DNA of 31,072 nucleotides, from assembly GCA_044373765.1 (NCBI GenBank), contig JBILPP010000001.1, forward strand, positions 1 through 31,072, given 5' to 3'. The translations under genes were made by a program, and so were the position numbers. Below, piece by piece: positions 19,152 through 27,784 of the stretch. How positions within the stretch are numbered: position 1 is the stretch's first letter; the number at the start of each line of letters is the position of its first letter. Under the pieces are notes generated by a model. That model was not told the origin of the DNA. It worked only from the letters and a program-made list of their open reading frames with translations, and did no database searches. The stretch is from Bacteroidia bacterium. GTDB lineage: Bacteria; Bacteroidota; Bacteroidia; UKL13-3.

Positions 19152-20498
19152 TTAAGCGTTCATATCGAAGGTATTCATGAAGGATGTTGTGAAATTTCCT
19201 TTTTTAAAATCTTCGTTTTGCATCAATTTAATATGAAGTGGAATGGTGGTTTTTATGCCCGGACCTTCAATAATAAATTCCCCCAATGCCCTTTCCATTT
19301 TAATAATGGCCTCTTCACGGGTTTGAGCACTAACAATTAGTTTAGCAATCATGCTATCGTAATTAGAAGGTATGGTATAGCCGGCATAAATGTGTGTATC
19401 CACACGCGTTCCGTGTCCGCCAGGTTTATGTAGGTATTCTATTTTACCTGGAGTTGGTCGAAAGTTATTCTGAGGGTCTTCGGCATTGATGCGGCATTCT
19501 ATGGCATGTTTTGTTGGAAGGTAATTTCTACCACTAATAGGAACTCCAGCAGCTATCAATATTTGTTCCTTTACTAAATCGTAGTTGATTACTTCTTCGG
19601 TAACTGGATGCTCCACTTGAATACGGGTGTTCATTTCCATGAAATAGAAATTACGGTGTTTGTCAACCAAAAACTCAATGGTTCCTAAACCTTCATAGTT
19701 TATAGACTTTGCCCCTTTTATTGCTGCATCACCCATAATTTCACGCAACTCAGGAGTAATGAAAGGAGATGGGGCTTCTTCAATTAGTTTCTGATGCCTG
19801 CGTTGAATCGAACAATCACGCTCACTTAAATGACAAACGTTTCCATATTGATCACCTGCTAACTGAATTTCAATGTGACGAGGATCTTCTACATATTTTT
19901 CCATGTAAATTCCATCGTTACCAAATGCAGCAGCTGATTCTTGACGCGCGCTATCCCAATTGCGTTCAAACTCTTCATCATTCCAGATTATGCGCATCCC
20001 CCTACCACCACCACCGGCAGTAGCTTTTATGATTACCGGATAACCAATGCCTTTTGCTAACTCACGACCTTCGTCTGAGCTTGCAAGTAAACCATCACTA
20101 CCTGGAATTACAGGAACACCTGCTTTTTTCATGGTATCTTTAGCACTTGCCTTATCCCCCATGGCATTAATCATTTCGGGTGAAGCACCAATAAATTTAA
20201 TTCCATGATCGCGGCATATCCCTGAAAACTTGGCATTCTCAGATAAAAATCCATATCCTGGATGAATGGCATCTGCGTTGGTTATTTCTGCCGCAGCAAT
20301 AATATTGGGTATATTTAGGTATGATTGTGGAGATGGTGGAGGACCAATACAAACAGCTTCATCGGCAAATCTTACATGTAAACTATCTTTATCTGCTGTA
20401 GAGTATACAGCAACTGTTTTAATCCCCATTTCGCGAGCAGTTCGAATAATTCTCAATGCTATTTCGCCACGGTTGGCAATTAATATCTTTTTAAACAT
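19152..20498 (-). CDS. accC: Acetyl-CoA carboxylase biotin carboxylase subunit
   Basis: [60 protein letters not shown]. Confidence 0.97.
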   Translation of the reverse strand: MFKKILIANRGEIALRIIRTAREMGIKTVAVYSTADKDSLHVRFADEAVCIGPPPSPQSYLNIPNIIAAAEITNADAIHPGYGFLSENAKFSGICRDHGIKFIGASPEMINAMGDKASAKDTMKKAGVPVIPGSDGLLASSDEGRELAKGIGYPVIIKATAGGGGRGMRIIWNDEEFERNWDSARQESAAAFGNDGIYMEKYVEDPRHIEIQLAGDQYGNVCHLSERDCSIQRRHQKLIEEAPSPFITPELREIMGDAAIKGAKSINYEGLGTIEFLVDKHRNFYFMEMNTRIQVEHPVTEEVINYDLVKEQILIAAGVPISGRNYLPTKHAIECRINAEDPQNNFRPTPGKIEYLHKPGGHGTRVDTHIYAGYTIPSNYDSMIAKLIVSAQTREEAIIKMERALGEFIIEGPGIKTTIPLHIKLMQNEDFKKGNFTTSFMNTFDMNA

Positions 20499-20527
20499 GC
20501 GTTGTATTAAATGTTGATATGATTTGT

Positions 20528-20570
20528 AAAAACAAAGTCGACAAGCTACAAAAAGAACTTATCGACTTTG
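20528..20570 (-). terminator. Terminator-like hairpin between accB and accC
   Basis: Minus-strand RNA CAAAGUCGAUAAG / CUUGUCGACUUUG forms a 13-bp stem (one G-U) with a 12-nt loop, followed by UUUUU. Confidence 0.55.
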
Positions 20571-20592
20571 GTATTCTTATACTTTAATAATT

Positions 20593-21051
20593 TTACATTG
20601 GTTCAACCAAAAATAATGGCTGATCGTACTCAACAGGTGAAGCATTTTCAACAAGCACCTTAACTATACGTCCTGATATTTCTGATTCTATTTCGTTAAA
20701 CAATTTCATTGCTTCAATAATACAAAGAACTTTTCCCGGTTTTATTTCATCACCAATACCAATAAAAGCTGGTTTATCAGGGGTTGAAGACTTGTAAAAT
20801 GTTCCAATCATTGGCGATTTAATGGTAATTAAATTGCTTACATGCTCAGCAATTGGCGTTACAGGAGCAGATGTTGCTGCGGGGGCCGCCATCATCATTT
20901 GCGGTTGCATTACTGGCGCGGTGCTTTGTACAAACACTTTTTCTTCTATTTTTTTAATGGCAATTTTAAAATCACCACGTTCAATTTCAACCTCAGAAAC
21001 TCCCGTTTCCGAAACCAATTTTATCAGTTCTTTAATTTCTTTTAATTCCAT
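20593..21051 (-). CDS. accB: Acetyl-CoA carboxylase biotin carboxyl carrier protein
   Basis: KSPMIGTFY, biotinylation motif IEAMKLFNEI, and an Ala/Pro-rich linker. Confidence 0.97.
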   Translation of the reverse strand: MELKEIKELIKLVSETGVSEVEIERGDFKIAIKKIEEKVFVQSTAPVMQPQMMMAAPAATSAPVTPIAEHVSNLITIKSPMIGTFYKSSTPDKPAFIGIGDEIKPGKVLCIIEAMKLFNEIESEISGRIVKVLVENASPVEYDQPLFLVEPM

Positions 21052-21073
21052 GTTGGAGTTATTTGAATACTGT

Positions 21074-21120
21074 CAAAAGTAATTTTTTTTTAGAATTGTT
21101 TACTATAAAGTGCAAAATTA
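21074..21120 (-). promoter_or_regulatory. Two -7 element matches upstream of accB
   Basis: TAATTTTG (21120-21113, overlapping the fabH stop) and TACTTTTG (21081-21074). Neither has a clear -33 TTG at the right spacing. Confidence 0.4.
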
Positions 21121-22122
21121 ACCATTACTGCTATTATATGCCCACTTTAAGTAAATAGAGCCCCAAGTGAAACCGCCACCAAAAGCGGATAATACAAGGT
21201 TATCACCTTTTTTTAATTTATTTTCCCACTCCCATAGGAGCAAAGGTAAAGTGCCATTAGTTGTATTGCCAAAGTGATCAATGTTAATCATCACTTTGTT
21301 TTTATCTAATCCCATGCGTTCAGCAGTGGCATCAATAATTCTTAAATTGGCTTGGTGGGGAACAAGGTAAGTAACATCTTCGGCAGTTAAGTTGTTTCGT
21401 TCCATTATTTGAGCAGAAACATCGGCCATGCCAGTAACTGCGAATTTAAATACTGCCTTTCCATCTTGATACACAAAATGTTCACGTGCATCTATTGTCT
21501 CATGCGTTGGTGGTCTTAATGACCCGCCTGCTTTTTGGTGCAAATAATGACGACCTTGGCCATCAATTTTCAACACACTATCTATTATTCCATTGCCCTC
21601 ATCGTTTGGCTCTAGTAAAACACATCCTAAACCATCACCAAAAATTATGCAGGTGTTTCTGTCGGTGTAATCAATAATTGAGGACATTTTATCACCTCCA
21701 ACTACCAACACATTTTTATGCTTACCAGATTCTATGAATGAAGCTGCAGTTTGTAATGCAAACAAAAAACCTGAACAGGCTGCTGCCAAATCAAAGCCCC
21801 ATGCATTTTTAGCACCAATTTTATCGGCTAAAATACAAGCGGTTGACGGAAATACCATGTCTGGTGTAACAGTAGCAAAAATGATTAGCTCAATATCGTT
21901 TGCTGTTATTCCACGCTTTTTAAGTAAACCATTTACGGCCTCAACTCCCATATCGGAAGTTGCTAAGCCTGGAGTATTAAGTAACCTTCTTTCATTGATG
22001 CCCGTACGAGAGGTTATCCACTCGTCTGAGGTATCTACTAATTTCTCCAACTCTGCATTGGTAAGCTTGTATTCAGGAACGTAACCTTGAACACAAGTAA
22101 TTGCTGCTGTAATTTTACTCAT
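21118..22122 (-). CDS. fabH: Beta-ketoacyl-ACP synthase III
   Basis: Catalytic triad motifs AACSGF, VPHQANLRI and FGNT; also WITSRTGI and FGGGFTWG. Confidence 0.96.
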   Translation of the reverse strand: MSKITAAITCVQGYVPEYKLTNAELEKLVDTSDEWITSRTGINERRLLNTPGLATSDMGVEAVNGLLKKRGITANDIELIIFATVTPDMVFPSTACILADKIGAKNAWGFDLAAACSGFLFALQTAASFIESGKHKNVLVVGGDKMSSIIDYTDRNTCIIFGDGLGCVLLEPNDEGNGIIDSVLKIDGQGRHYLHQKAGGSLRPPTHETIDAREHFVYQDGKAVFKFAVTGMADVSAQIMERNNLTAEDVTYLVPHQANLRIIDATAERMGLDKNKVMINIDHFGNTTNGTLPLLLWEWENKLKKGDNLVLSAFGGGFTWGSIYLKWAYNSSNG

Positions 22123-22123
22123 T

Positions 22124-23086
22124 CTAGTTTACAGGTAATACCAGATTTTTAAATTCTTCTCTTATTATGCTGCATAAACCTGAATCTGATACTTCTTTGG
22201 CTGTAAAAATCATGTTTTTAAATGCCTTAGCGTTTGAAATGCCATGACCGATAATTACTGGAGCATTTACACCTAGAATTGGCGTTCCTCCATAATTTTC
22301 GTAATTGAAACGATCAAGGTATTCATCAGTACTTCCACGTTTCTTCACCACATAATAAAACGCTTCGTATGCTTTTAGTATAATATTACCTACAAACCCT
22401 TCGCATACTATCACATCACTTTTGTCTGTTAATAAATCGCGGCCTTCCACATTTCCTATAAAATTAAATGGACCTCCGGTGTCTAACAACTGATGTGCTG
22501 CAATAGTAACTAAATTACCCTTTTCTTTCTCTTCACCAATGCTCATTAAACCAACACGAGGCGCTTCCACCTTTAGCACATGTTTCATCATTAGCGAGCC
22601 TAAAACGGCAAACTGATAAAGCACGTCAGGTTTACAATCTGCATTAACACCCACATCCAAAAGCAATCCGGTTTTACCGTTTGGCTTTGGTACTGTTGCT
22701 GTAATGCAAGGTCGAATAACTCCTTCTATAGGTTTAACTGAGAACATTGCTCCTACCAACATGGCTCCTGTATTGCCTGCGCTCACAAAAGAATCAATTT
22801 GTTTTGCGGCTAATTGACTGAAACCAACTGCTATACTGGAATTACGCTTTTGCGATATTGCTTTTGTGGGATGCTCTCCCATTTCAATAACTTCTGTGGT
22901 ATGCACAAAATCATAATCTGATTCGTTTGCACCATTTTCAGTTAGCAGTTGTCTTGCAATTGATTCATCACCAAACAATACAATTTTAACATCAGAAGTT
23001 AATTCATTTTGGGCAAGGATAGCTCCCTTAATAGCCTCAAGGGGGGCAAAATCACCTCCCATAATATCAAAGCCTATTCTCATCAA
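22124..23086 (-). CDS. plsX: Phosphate acyltransferase PlsX (start may be the second Met at 23083)
   Basis: RIGFDIMGGDFAP, VSAGNTGA, LLDVGVNAD, GEEKEKGN, FIGNVEG, YGGTPILGVN, IGHGIS. Confidence 0.95.
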   Translation of the reverse strand: MMRIGFDIMGGDFAPLEAIKGAILAQNELTSDVKIVLFGDESIARQLLTENGANESDYDFVHTTEVIEMGEHPTKAISQKRNSSIAVGFSQLAAKQIDSFVSAGNTGAMLVGAMFSVKPIEGVIRPCITATVPKPNGKTGLLLDVGVNADCKPDVLYQFAVLGSLMMKHVLKVEAPRVGLMSIGEEKEKGNLVTIAAHQLLDTGGPFNFIGNVEGRDLLTDKSDVIVCEGFVGNIILKAYEAFYYVVKKRGSTDEYLDRFNYENYGGTPILGVNAPVIIGHGISNAKAFKNMIFTAKEVSDSGLCSIIREEFKNLVLPVN

Positions 23087-23108
23087 GTGGTACGGGTTTG
23101 GGTGAATA

Positions 23109-23294
23109 TTAAACGTCTTTTCTCATGTCAGGAAAAACCAACTTACCTTTGTAAAAGCCATCAGCTGTTACACGGTGACGTAAGTGTGTCTCGCCAGAAG
23201 TAGCATCAACAGAAAGGGTTGGATTAACACCTTTGTAATGAGTTCTTCTTTTGTCTCTGCGAGTGTTCGAAATTTTTCGCTTTGGATTTGGCAT
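23109..23294 (-). CDS. rpmF: 50S ribosomal protein L32 (Cys-free)
   Basis: [21 protein letters not shown]...HLRHRV...GFYKGK, located between yceD and plsX. Confidence 0.95.
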   Translation of the reverse strand: MPNPKRKISNTRRDKRRTHYKGVNPTLSVDATSGETHLRHRVTADGFYKGKLVFPDMRKDV

Positions 23295-23315
23295 AATTGT
23301 ATGTTTTAGTTGTTA

Positions 23316-23834
23316 TTAAAAAATTCCTTTTAATTTATCCCACATTGGATTTGATTCATTGCCATCTTTGTCATCACTTTCGAAGTTGTTGATTTTTCGC
23401 ACCAACTCCGGGTCACATTTTTTTCCGGCCATCTCACAAACCTTGCGTGGAGGTAAGCTTAGTATAAATGATTCGTAAAGATATTGAGTTAGATCATATT
23501 CCAAAATACTTTTGGTAACATAGATAATCTCATCATCACTATAATCTTCATTTTCACTAATTTTCATCAAAAGACAAAACTCATTATCAAGCAAGAGATT
23601 AATATCATCAAGGCAATTGTCACACTTTTCGCTAACAGTTCCTGTAAGCGTAAATTGCAGTTCATACATGGTTTCAGTTTTAATTAATTCCAATGCAACT
23701 GTTGCCTCAGCCTTGCTAATAATACTCCCTTCTATATGAGCGAAAAAAGCATCATTCAACTTGAACTCAAAATGATTTGAGCCCATGTTGAGTTTGTTAA
23801 ACTCGATTAAATAATCTTTACCCTTCGTTCCCAT
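23316..23834 (-). CDS. yceD: DUF177/YceD family protein (start moved to MGTKGK)
   Basis: CDNCLDD, YDLTQYLYESFILSLPPRKVC, NPMWDKLK; conserved position upstream of rpmF. The ORF-track extension to 23882 contains a full promoter motif. Confidence 0.88.
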   Translation of the reverse strand: MGTKGKDYLIEFNKLNMGSNHFEFKLNDAFFAHIEGSIISKAEATVALELIKTETMYELQFTLTGTVSEKCDNCLDDINLLLDNEFCLLMKISENEDYSDDEIIYVTKSILEYDLTQYLYESFILSLPPRKVCEMAGKKCDPELVRKINNFESDDKDGNESNPMWDKLKGIF

Positions 23835-23850
23835 CTTTTGTAGAAGCCTG

Positions 23851-23882
23851 CAAATATAGCTAAACCAATTATTTTTTAGCAA
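23851..23882 (-). promoter_or_regulatory. Promoter candidate for yceD-rpmF-plsX-fabH-accB-accC
   Basis: TTG (23882-23880), a 21-nt spacer, then TATATTTG (23858-23851). Confidence 0.75.
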
Positions 23883-24007
23883 CCTTTATACTATTTTATA
23901 CTGAAAAATACTGAAAAACAGCCTAATACAAGACAAATCTATCTAGCAAAAAGGAAATATTACGTAGTTTTTTATTTTTAGTCGTACTTTTTTGAGGTAG
24001 AGTTTAT

Positions 24008-24015
24008 TATTTTTG
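24008..24015 (+). promoter_or_regulatory. -7 element candidate for the ald-like gene
   Basis: TATTTTTG overlaps the TTG chosen as start by the ORF track. No well-spaced -33 element. Confidence 0.45.
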
Positions 24016-24033
24016 AAAAAACACAAACCAATT

Positions 24034-25260
24034 ATGGACGAGTTAAGCAAAGCAGGTTTTAGTGAGTTAGCAAAAGCTGCAAGTATACAACCCAAAGAGG
24101 CATTATTGGAGGTGAAGAAATCATCAAAGGGCCTATTTATTGGCGTTCCTAAAGAAACAACTTTGCAAGAACATCGAATACCACTTACCCCCTCATCGGT
24201 AAATTTATTGGTTACTAATGGAAATGAGGTAAGAATTGAAGCAGGAGCTGGCAAGCATGCACATTTTAGCGACCAAGATTACAGCGAAGCTGGAGCTCAA
24301 ATTTGCTACAACCCCGATGAAGTATTTAAAGCTGATGTGATTGTGAAGGTTGAACCGCCAACAGAACATGAAATTAGCTTGCTTCAAACTCAGCAATTAT
24401 TGATATCTGCAATACAACTTAGTAGCCGAAGTGATACCTACATTAGAAGTTTAATGGCAAAAAAAATGACAGCGATTGCATTTGAATTTTTAAAATCTGA
24501 TGATGATATACACCCGATAGTTAGGAGCATGAGCGAAATTTCTGGCTTATCATCAATAGCCGTGGCTGCTGAGTTGCTTTGCAGCACGCGTGGTGGTAAA
24601 GGAGAAATGTTGGGAGGTGTTACAGGGATTCCACCAACAGAAATTGTTATAATTGGTGCTGGAACAGTTGGAGAGTATGCGGCCAGAACAGCATTAGGAA
24701 AAGGTGCTACAGTTAAAGTTTTTGACAATTCATTAGAAAAACTGAGGAGGTTACAAAACAACTTAGGTGTTAAAATATTCACCTCATTGCTTCATCCTAA
24801 AATATTACAAAAGGCTCTTGAATCGGCTGATGTAGCCATAGGTTGTTTGTGGAGTGCAGAAGGAAGGAGTTTAAATGTGGTTACCGAGGAAATGGTATGT
24901 AAAATGAAACCAATGTCGGTTATTGTTGATATTTGCATAGACCAAGGCGGATGCTTTGAAACAAGCGAAGTAACCAGCCACGATAAACCAACGTTTATCA
25001 AACATGATGTGATTCATTACTGCGTACCGAATATTAACTCTAGAGTTAGTCGTACTGCCAGCTATGCATTGAGCAATGTTTTAACACCACTACTATTGGA
25101 TTTAGCCGATTGTAGTTCAATTACCGATTACTTATGGGTTAATCAATCTGCAAGAAGTGGAGTGTATATTTATAAGGGCAATTTAACTAATAAACATATT
25201 GGTCAACGTTTAAATATCTATCCTAAAGACTTAGATCTACTGATAGCCGCACACGCCTAA
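24034..25260 (+). CDS. Alanine dehydrogenase-like protein (AlaDH/PNT family) with an N-terminal extension and non-canonical active site
   Basis: IGVPKET, HRIPLTP, MSEISG, Rossmann motif IIGAGTVG...VFD, ICIDQGGCFETS, HYCVPNI, TASYALSN. ATG 24034 is preferred over TTG 24013 (A at -3; the TTG lies inside a promoter motif). Confidence 0.85.
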   Translation: MDELSKAGFSELAKAASIQPKEALLEVKKSSKGLFIGVPKETTLQEHRIPLTPSSVNLLVTNGNEVRIEAGAGKHAHFSDQDYSEAGAQICYNPDEVFKADVIVKVEPPTEHEISLLQTQQLLISAIQLSSRSDTYIRSLMAKKMTAIAFEFLKSDDDIHPIVRSMSEISGLSSIAVAAELLCSTRGGKGEMLGGVTGIPPTEIVIIGAGTVGEYAARTALGKGATVKVFDNSLEKLRRLQNNLGVKIFTSLLHPKILQKALESADVAIGCLWSAEGRSLNVVTEEMVCKMKPMSVIVDICIDQGGCFETSEVTSHDKPTFIKHDVIHYCVPNINSRVSRTASYALSNVLTPLLLDLADCSSITDYLWVNQSARSGVYIYKGNLTNKHIGQRLNIYPKDLDLLIAAHA

Positions 25261-25261
25261 A

Positions 25262-26722
25262 TCAAAGGGTTTCTTGGGTATATCGCTCATCTAATTCAGC
25301 ATCATTTTTATGGTATAAATCAATGGCTACTATGATGGCAAAACTACCCCATACCAATGGTGCTATTTTTGTTGTTTCACTATAGTGGTTTAGAAATCCG
25401 TGGGTAAAATAGCCAATCAATCCGAGTGTTACACCAATTAAAACTACCTTTACTTTAGCAGAGCTGGTTTTGTAAAAAACATTAAACGCGGTATTTAACC
25501 CTGCTAAAATAATCATAATTAAACTTCCCATCCCAATCAATCCAGTTTCTGATAATGGATTTAAAAATTCGCTATGCGAGTTACCTTGGTTACCGAAATT
25601 TGTACTGATAAGCGTCCGGTATCGCGCTTCCTGATAAGGGGCATAACAAAACACATAAGTACCTGGACCAAAACCCATGACGGGTCTCTCCTTCCACATA
25701 TTTATAGCAGATATCCAGCGATTTATACGCTCTATATTTGACGCATCTGTACGTATATTTGATGCTGATTGTAGGTGCTTGCCAAAACCTTCTCCTGAAT
25801 CTTGTTTATTTTTAGACAGTGCGTACAATACTTGATCTTGAAAAGCTAAAAAAAACATCACACCACAAACCAACATTATTAATTGTGTTTTAAGCTTTAG
25901 TTTAAGTGCAAGTGGTAAAATCATACCTAAAGCAACAGCAATACTTAACCATGCAGCGCGCGTGTAGGAGTAAAATACCCCAGTAAAAAACATCACCAAT
26001 AAAAACAATACAAGTAAAATAACAAAGACGTTTAATTTGAGTTTACGACTGTAAAACAAATACGCAAAAAACAAGGGAATAAAAAATGAAATTGCTGCTG
26101 AGTAAATTCCGTGTGCACGATAAAAAGGCATGCTGATGTAATACGATGACTCTTGCGTAAAGCCCGATAAACTGTGCATATATAAAGTATAAGCAACAAC
26201 AATTGACAAGGAAGCAATATGTAACCATAAATATTTATGTATATTGGATAGTTTACGGAATAACATTACTCCTAAAAAGTAATACACCACAATAAACCAA
26301 AAACGAGACAATACAAACTTGAAGCTAACAAAAGGTAATTCACTGGTAAAAATAGTGACAATATACCACCCAATATTTACTAAAATCCAAATAGAAACAG
26401 GATGTCTGAACACTTTTACATCATATGCACCATCAACAATAAAACGCAGCACAGATAAAAACATCACTACCATTACTATGGGTTCATCGGGAAGGCTTAT
26501 TCCAAGTCCCATGCCAATATCATCAAACTCTATGGCAAGCGGAACAATAAAACTAAGTAAAAGTAAAACAGTATCAAGTTTAAATAAAACCAAATACGCA
26601 AATACAAGAATTAATGGTAAAACATGAATGGAATAATCATCGTTGTACACACCGTAAGCGGTGAGTAAAATAAACAATGCCCCGATTGTATAAAACCAAC
26701 GAATTTTAAAAATCTCACCCAA
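25262..26722 (-). CDS. O-antigen ligase/polymerase family (Wzy_C) membrane protein, TTG start
   Basis: Many transmembrane segments; YSYTRAAWL, SNIERINRWISAINM, GFGPGTY, and NSHSEFLNPLSETGLIG (conserved His loop). Confidence 0.82.
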   Translation of the reverse strand: MGEIFKIRWFYTIGALFILLTAYGVYNDDYSIHVLPLILVFAYLVLFKLDTVLLLLSFIVPLAIEFDDIGMGLGISLPDEPIVMVVMFLSVLRFIVDGAYDVKVFRHPVSIWILVNIGWYIVTIFTSELPFVSFKFVLSRFWFIVVYYFLGVMLFRKLSNIHKYLWLHIASLSIVVAYTLYMHSLSGFTQESSYYISMPFYRAHGIYSAAISFFIPLFFAYLFYSRKLKLNVFVILLVLFLLVMFFTGVFYSYTRAAWLSIAVALGMILPLALKLKLKTQLIMLVCGVMFFLAFQDQVLYALSKNKQDSGEGFGKHLQSASNIRTDASNIERINRWISAINMWKERPVMGFGPGTYVFCYAPYQEARYRTLISTNFGNQGNSHSEFLNPLSETGLIGMGSLIMIILAGLNTAFNVFYKTSSAKVKVVLIGVTLGLIGYFTHGFLNHYSETTKIAPLVWGSFAIIVAIDLYHKNDAELDERYTQETL

Positions 26723-26724
26723 AA

Positions 26725-27732
26725 TTACTCTTGCGATAAACTACCCTTAATATTATGATAGCGCTCCATTGCAACAATGGTAATGCTGCTTAACAGAAAA
26801 GCTGCAATTGCAGATATAATGGAAATAACCAAACGTAACGGATATGCTTTATCATAATTAGGCTTTGCAATATCAACCACAAAAATATTACTTAATTTAC
26901 TGTCTAAATCTAATTTAGCCTGATTGTATTTCTTTCTTAAATCGGTGAGCTGCTCTGCTTCAAAACGAATTTGTTCATCCAACGAAACGAAATCACCAAC
27001 ATGTTGTCCTAAATTTTTACGTTCTTTATCCGTAAACGAATTGCTGGTTCCTTTACCTATAAGCTCAGCCAAGCCGCGTGATTGTTCTTCTACATTATAT
27101 ACACCAATATTACCCAGTGTCCGAGTCATTTCACTTAACGAATCGATAATGGCAATCTTAGCAACGTATTCTTCTTTAATGATATTGAACGCTTGCTGTG
27201 CGATAATACTTTGACTTTGCTTTTTTAATGAATCGGTATTATACATCACAGCATTGGCAATGGCAGCAGATAGCTCTGGATCTGTATCAAGCACAACAAC
27301 TTCAACAGAGTTGTATGATGTGCGGTTTACATTAACATACTTTTCAAACTTCTTGTTAAGCTTGGCAAACTTCTTGGGATCATCCGAATCAATACCATAA
27401 TGTTCTATTAAGTTAAAATCAGTAGCAATTTTTTCACGCAGTTGGCTTGATTTTGCCAATTGAAGATATTGTTCCACATTCTCTTCATCGCCATAAGCAA
27501 GTACATCTTGAGCCCTTTCTTTTAAGCTGTAAAATAATGCATATGATATGGAATTGACTGTTCCTGGATAAAACACTGCTTTTGATTTATACTCTGGCTT
27601 GAGAAACAGTGTGATAAGATATGCTACAACAGCTGCCGACAATGAAATAAGGGCAAGGTGTTTTTTCCATTTAATTAAAAACTTAACGAGCTCGATAAAA
27701 TTAAACTGATATTCGTGTTGCGTTTTTTGCAT
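26725..27732 (-). CDS. Wzz/polysaccharide co-polymerase-like chain-length determinant
   Basis: N-terminal TM (KWKKHLALISL...PEYKSKAVF), coiled-coil periplasmic region, and C-terminal P-containing segment plus TM (AKPNYDKAYPLRLVISIISA). Start moved to ATG 27732. Confidence 0.75.
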   Translation of the reverse strand: MQKTQHEYQFNFIELVKFLIKWKKHLALISLSAAVVAYLITLFLKPEYKSKAVFYPGTVNSISYALFYSLKERAQDVLAYGDEENVEQYLQLAKSSQLREKIATDFNLIEHYGIDSDDPKKFAKLNKKFEKYVNVNRTSYNSVEVVVLDTDPELSAAIANAVMYNTDSLKKQSQSIIAQQAFNIIKEEYVAKIAIIDSLSEMTRTLGNIGVYNVEEQSRGLAELIGKGTSNSFTDKERKNLGQHVGDFVSLDEQIRFEAEQLTDLRKKYNQAKLDLDSKLSNIFVVDIAKPNYDKAYPLRLVISIISAIAAFLLSSITIVAMERYHNIKGSLSQE

Positions 27733-27747
27733 GCTTACTAATTTGAA

Positions 27748-27777
27748 CAAAAATATAAAAAAATAGGTGTGTGCAAA
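27748..27777 (-). promoter_or_regulatory. Promoter candidate upstream of the wzz-like gene
   Basis: TTTG (27777-27774), an 18-nt spacer, then TATTTTTG (27755-27748). Confidence 0.55.
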
Positions 27778-27784
27778 CTACCAC

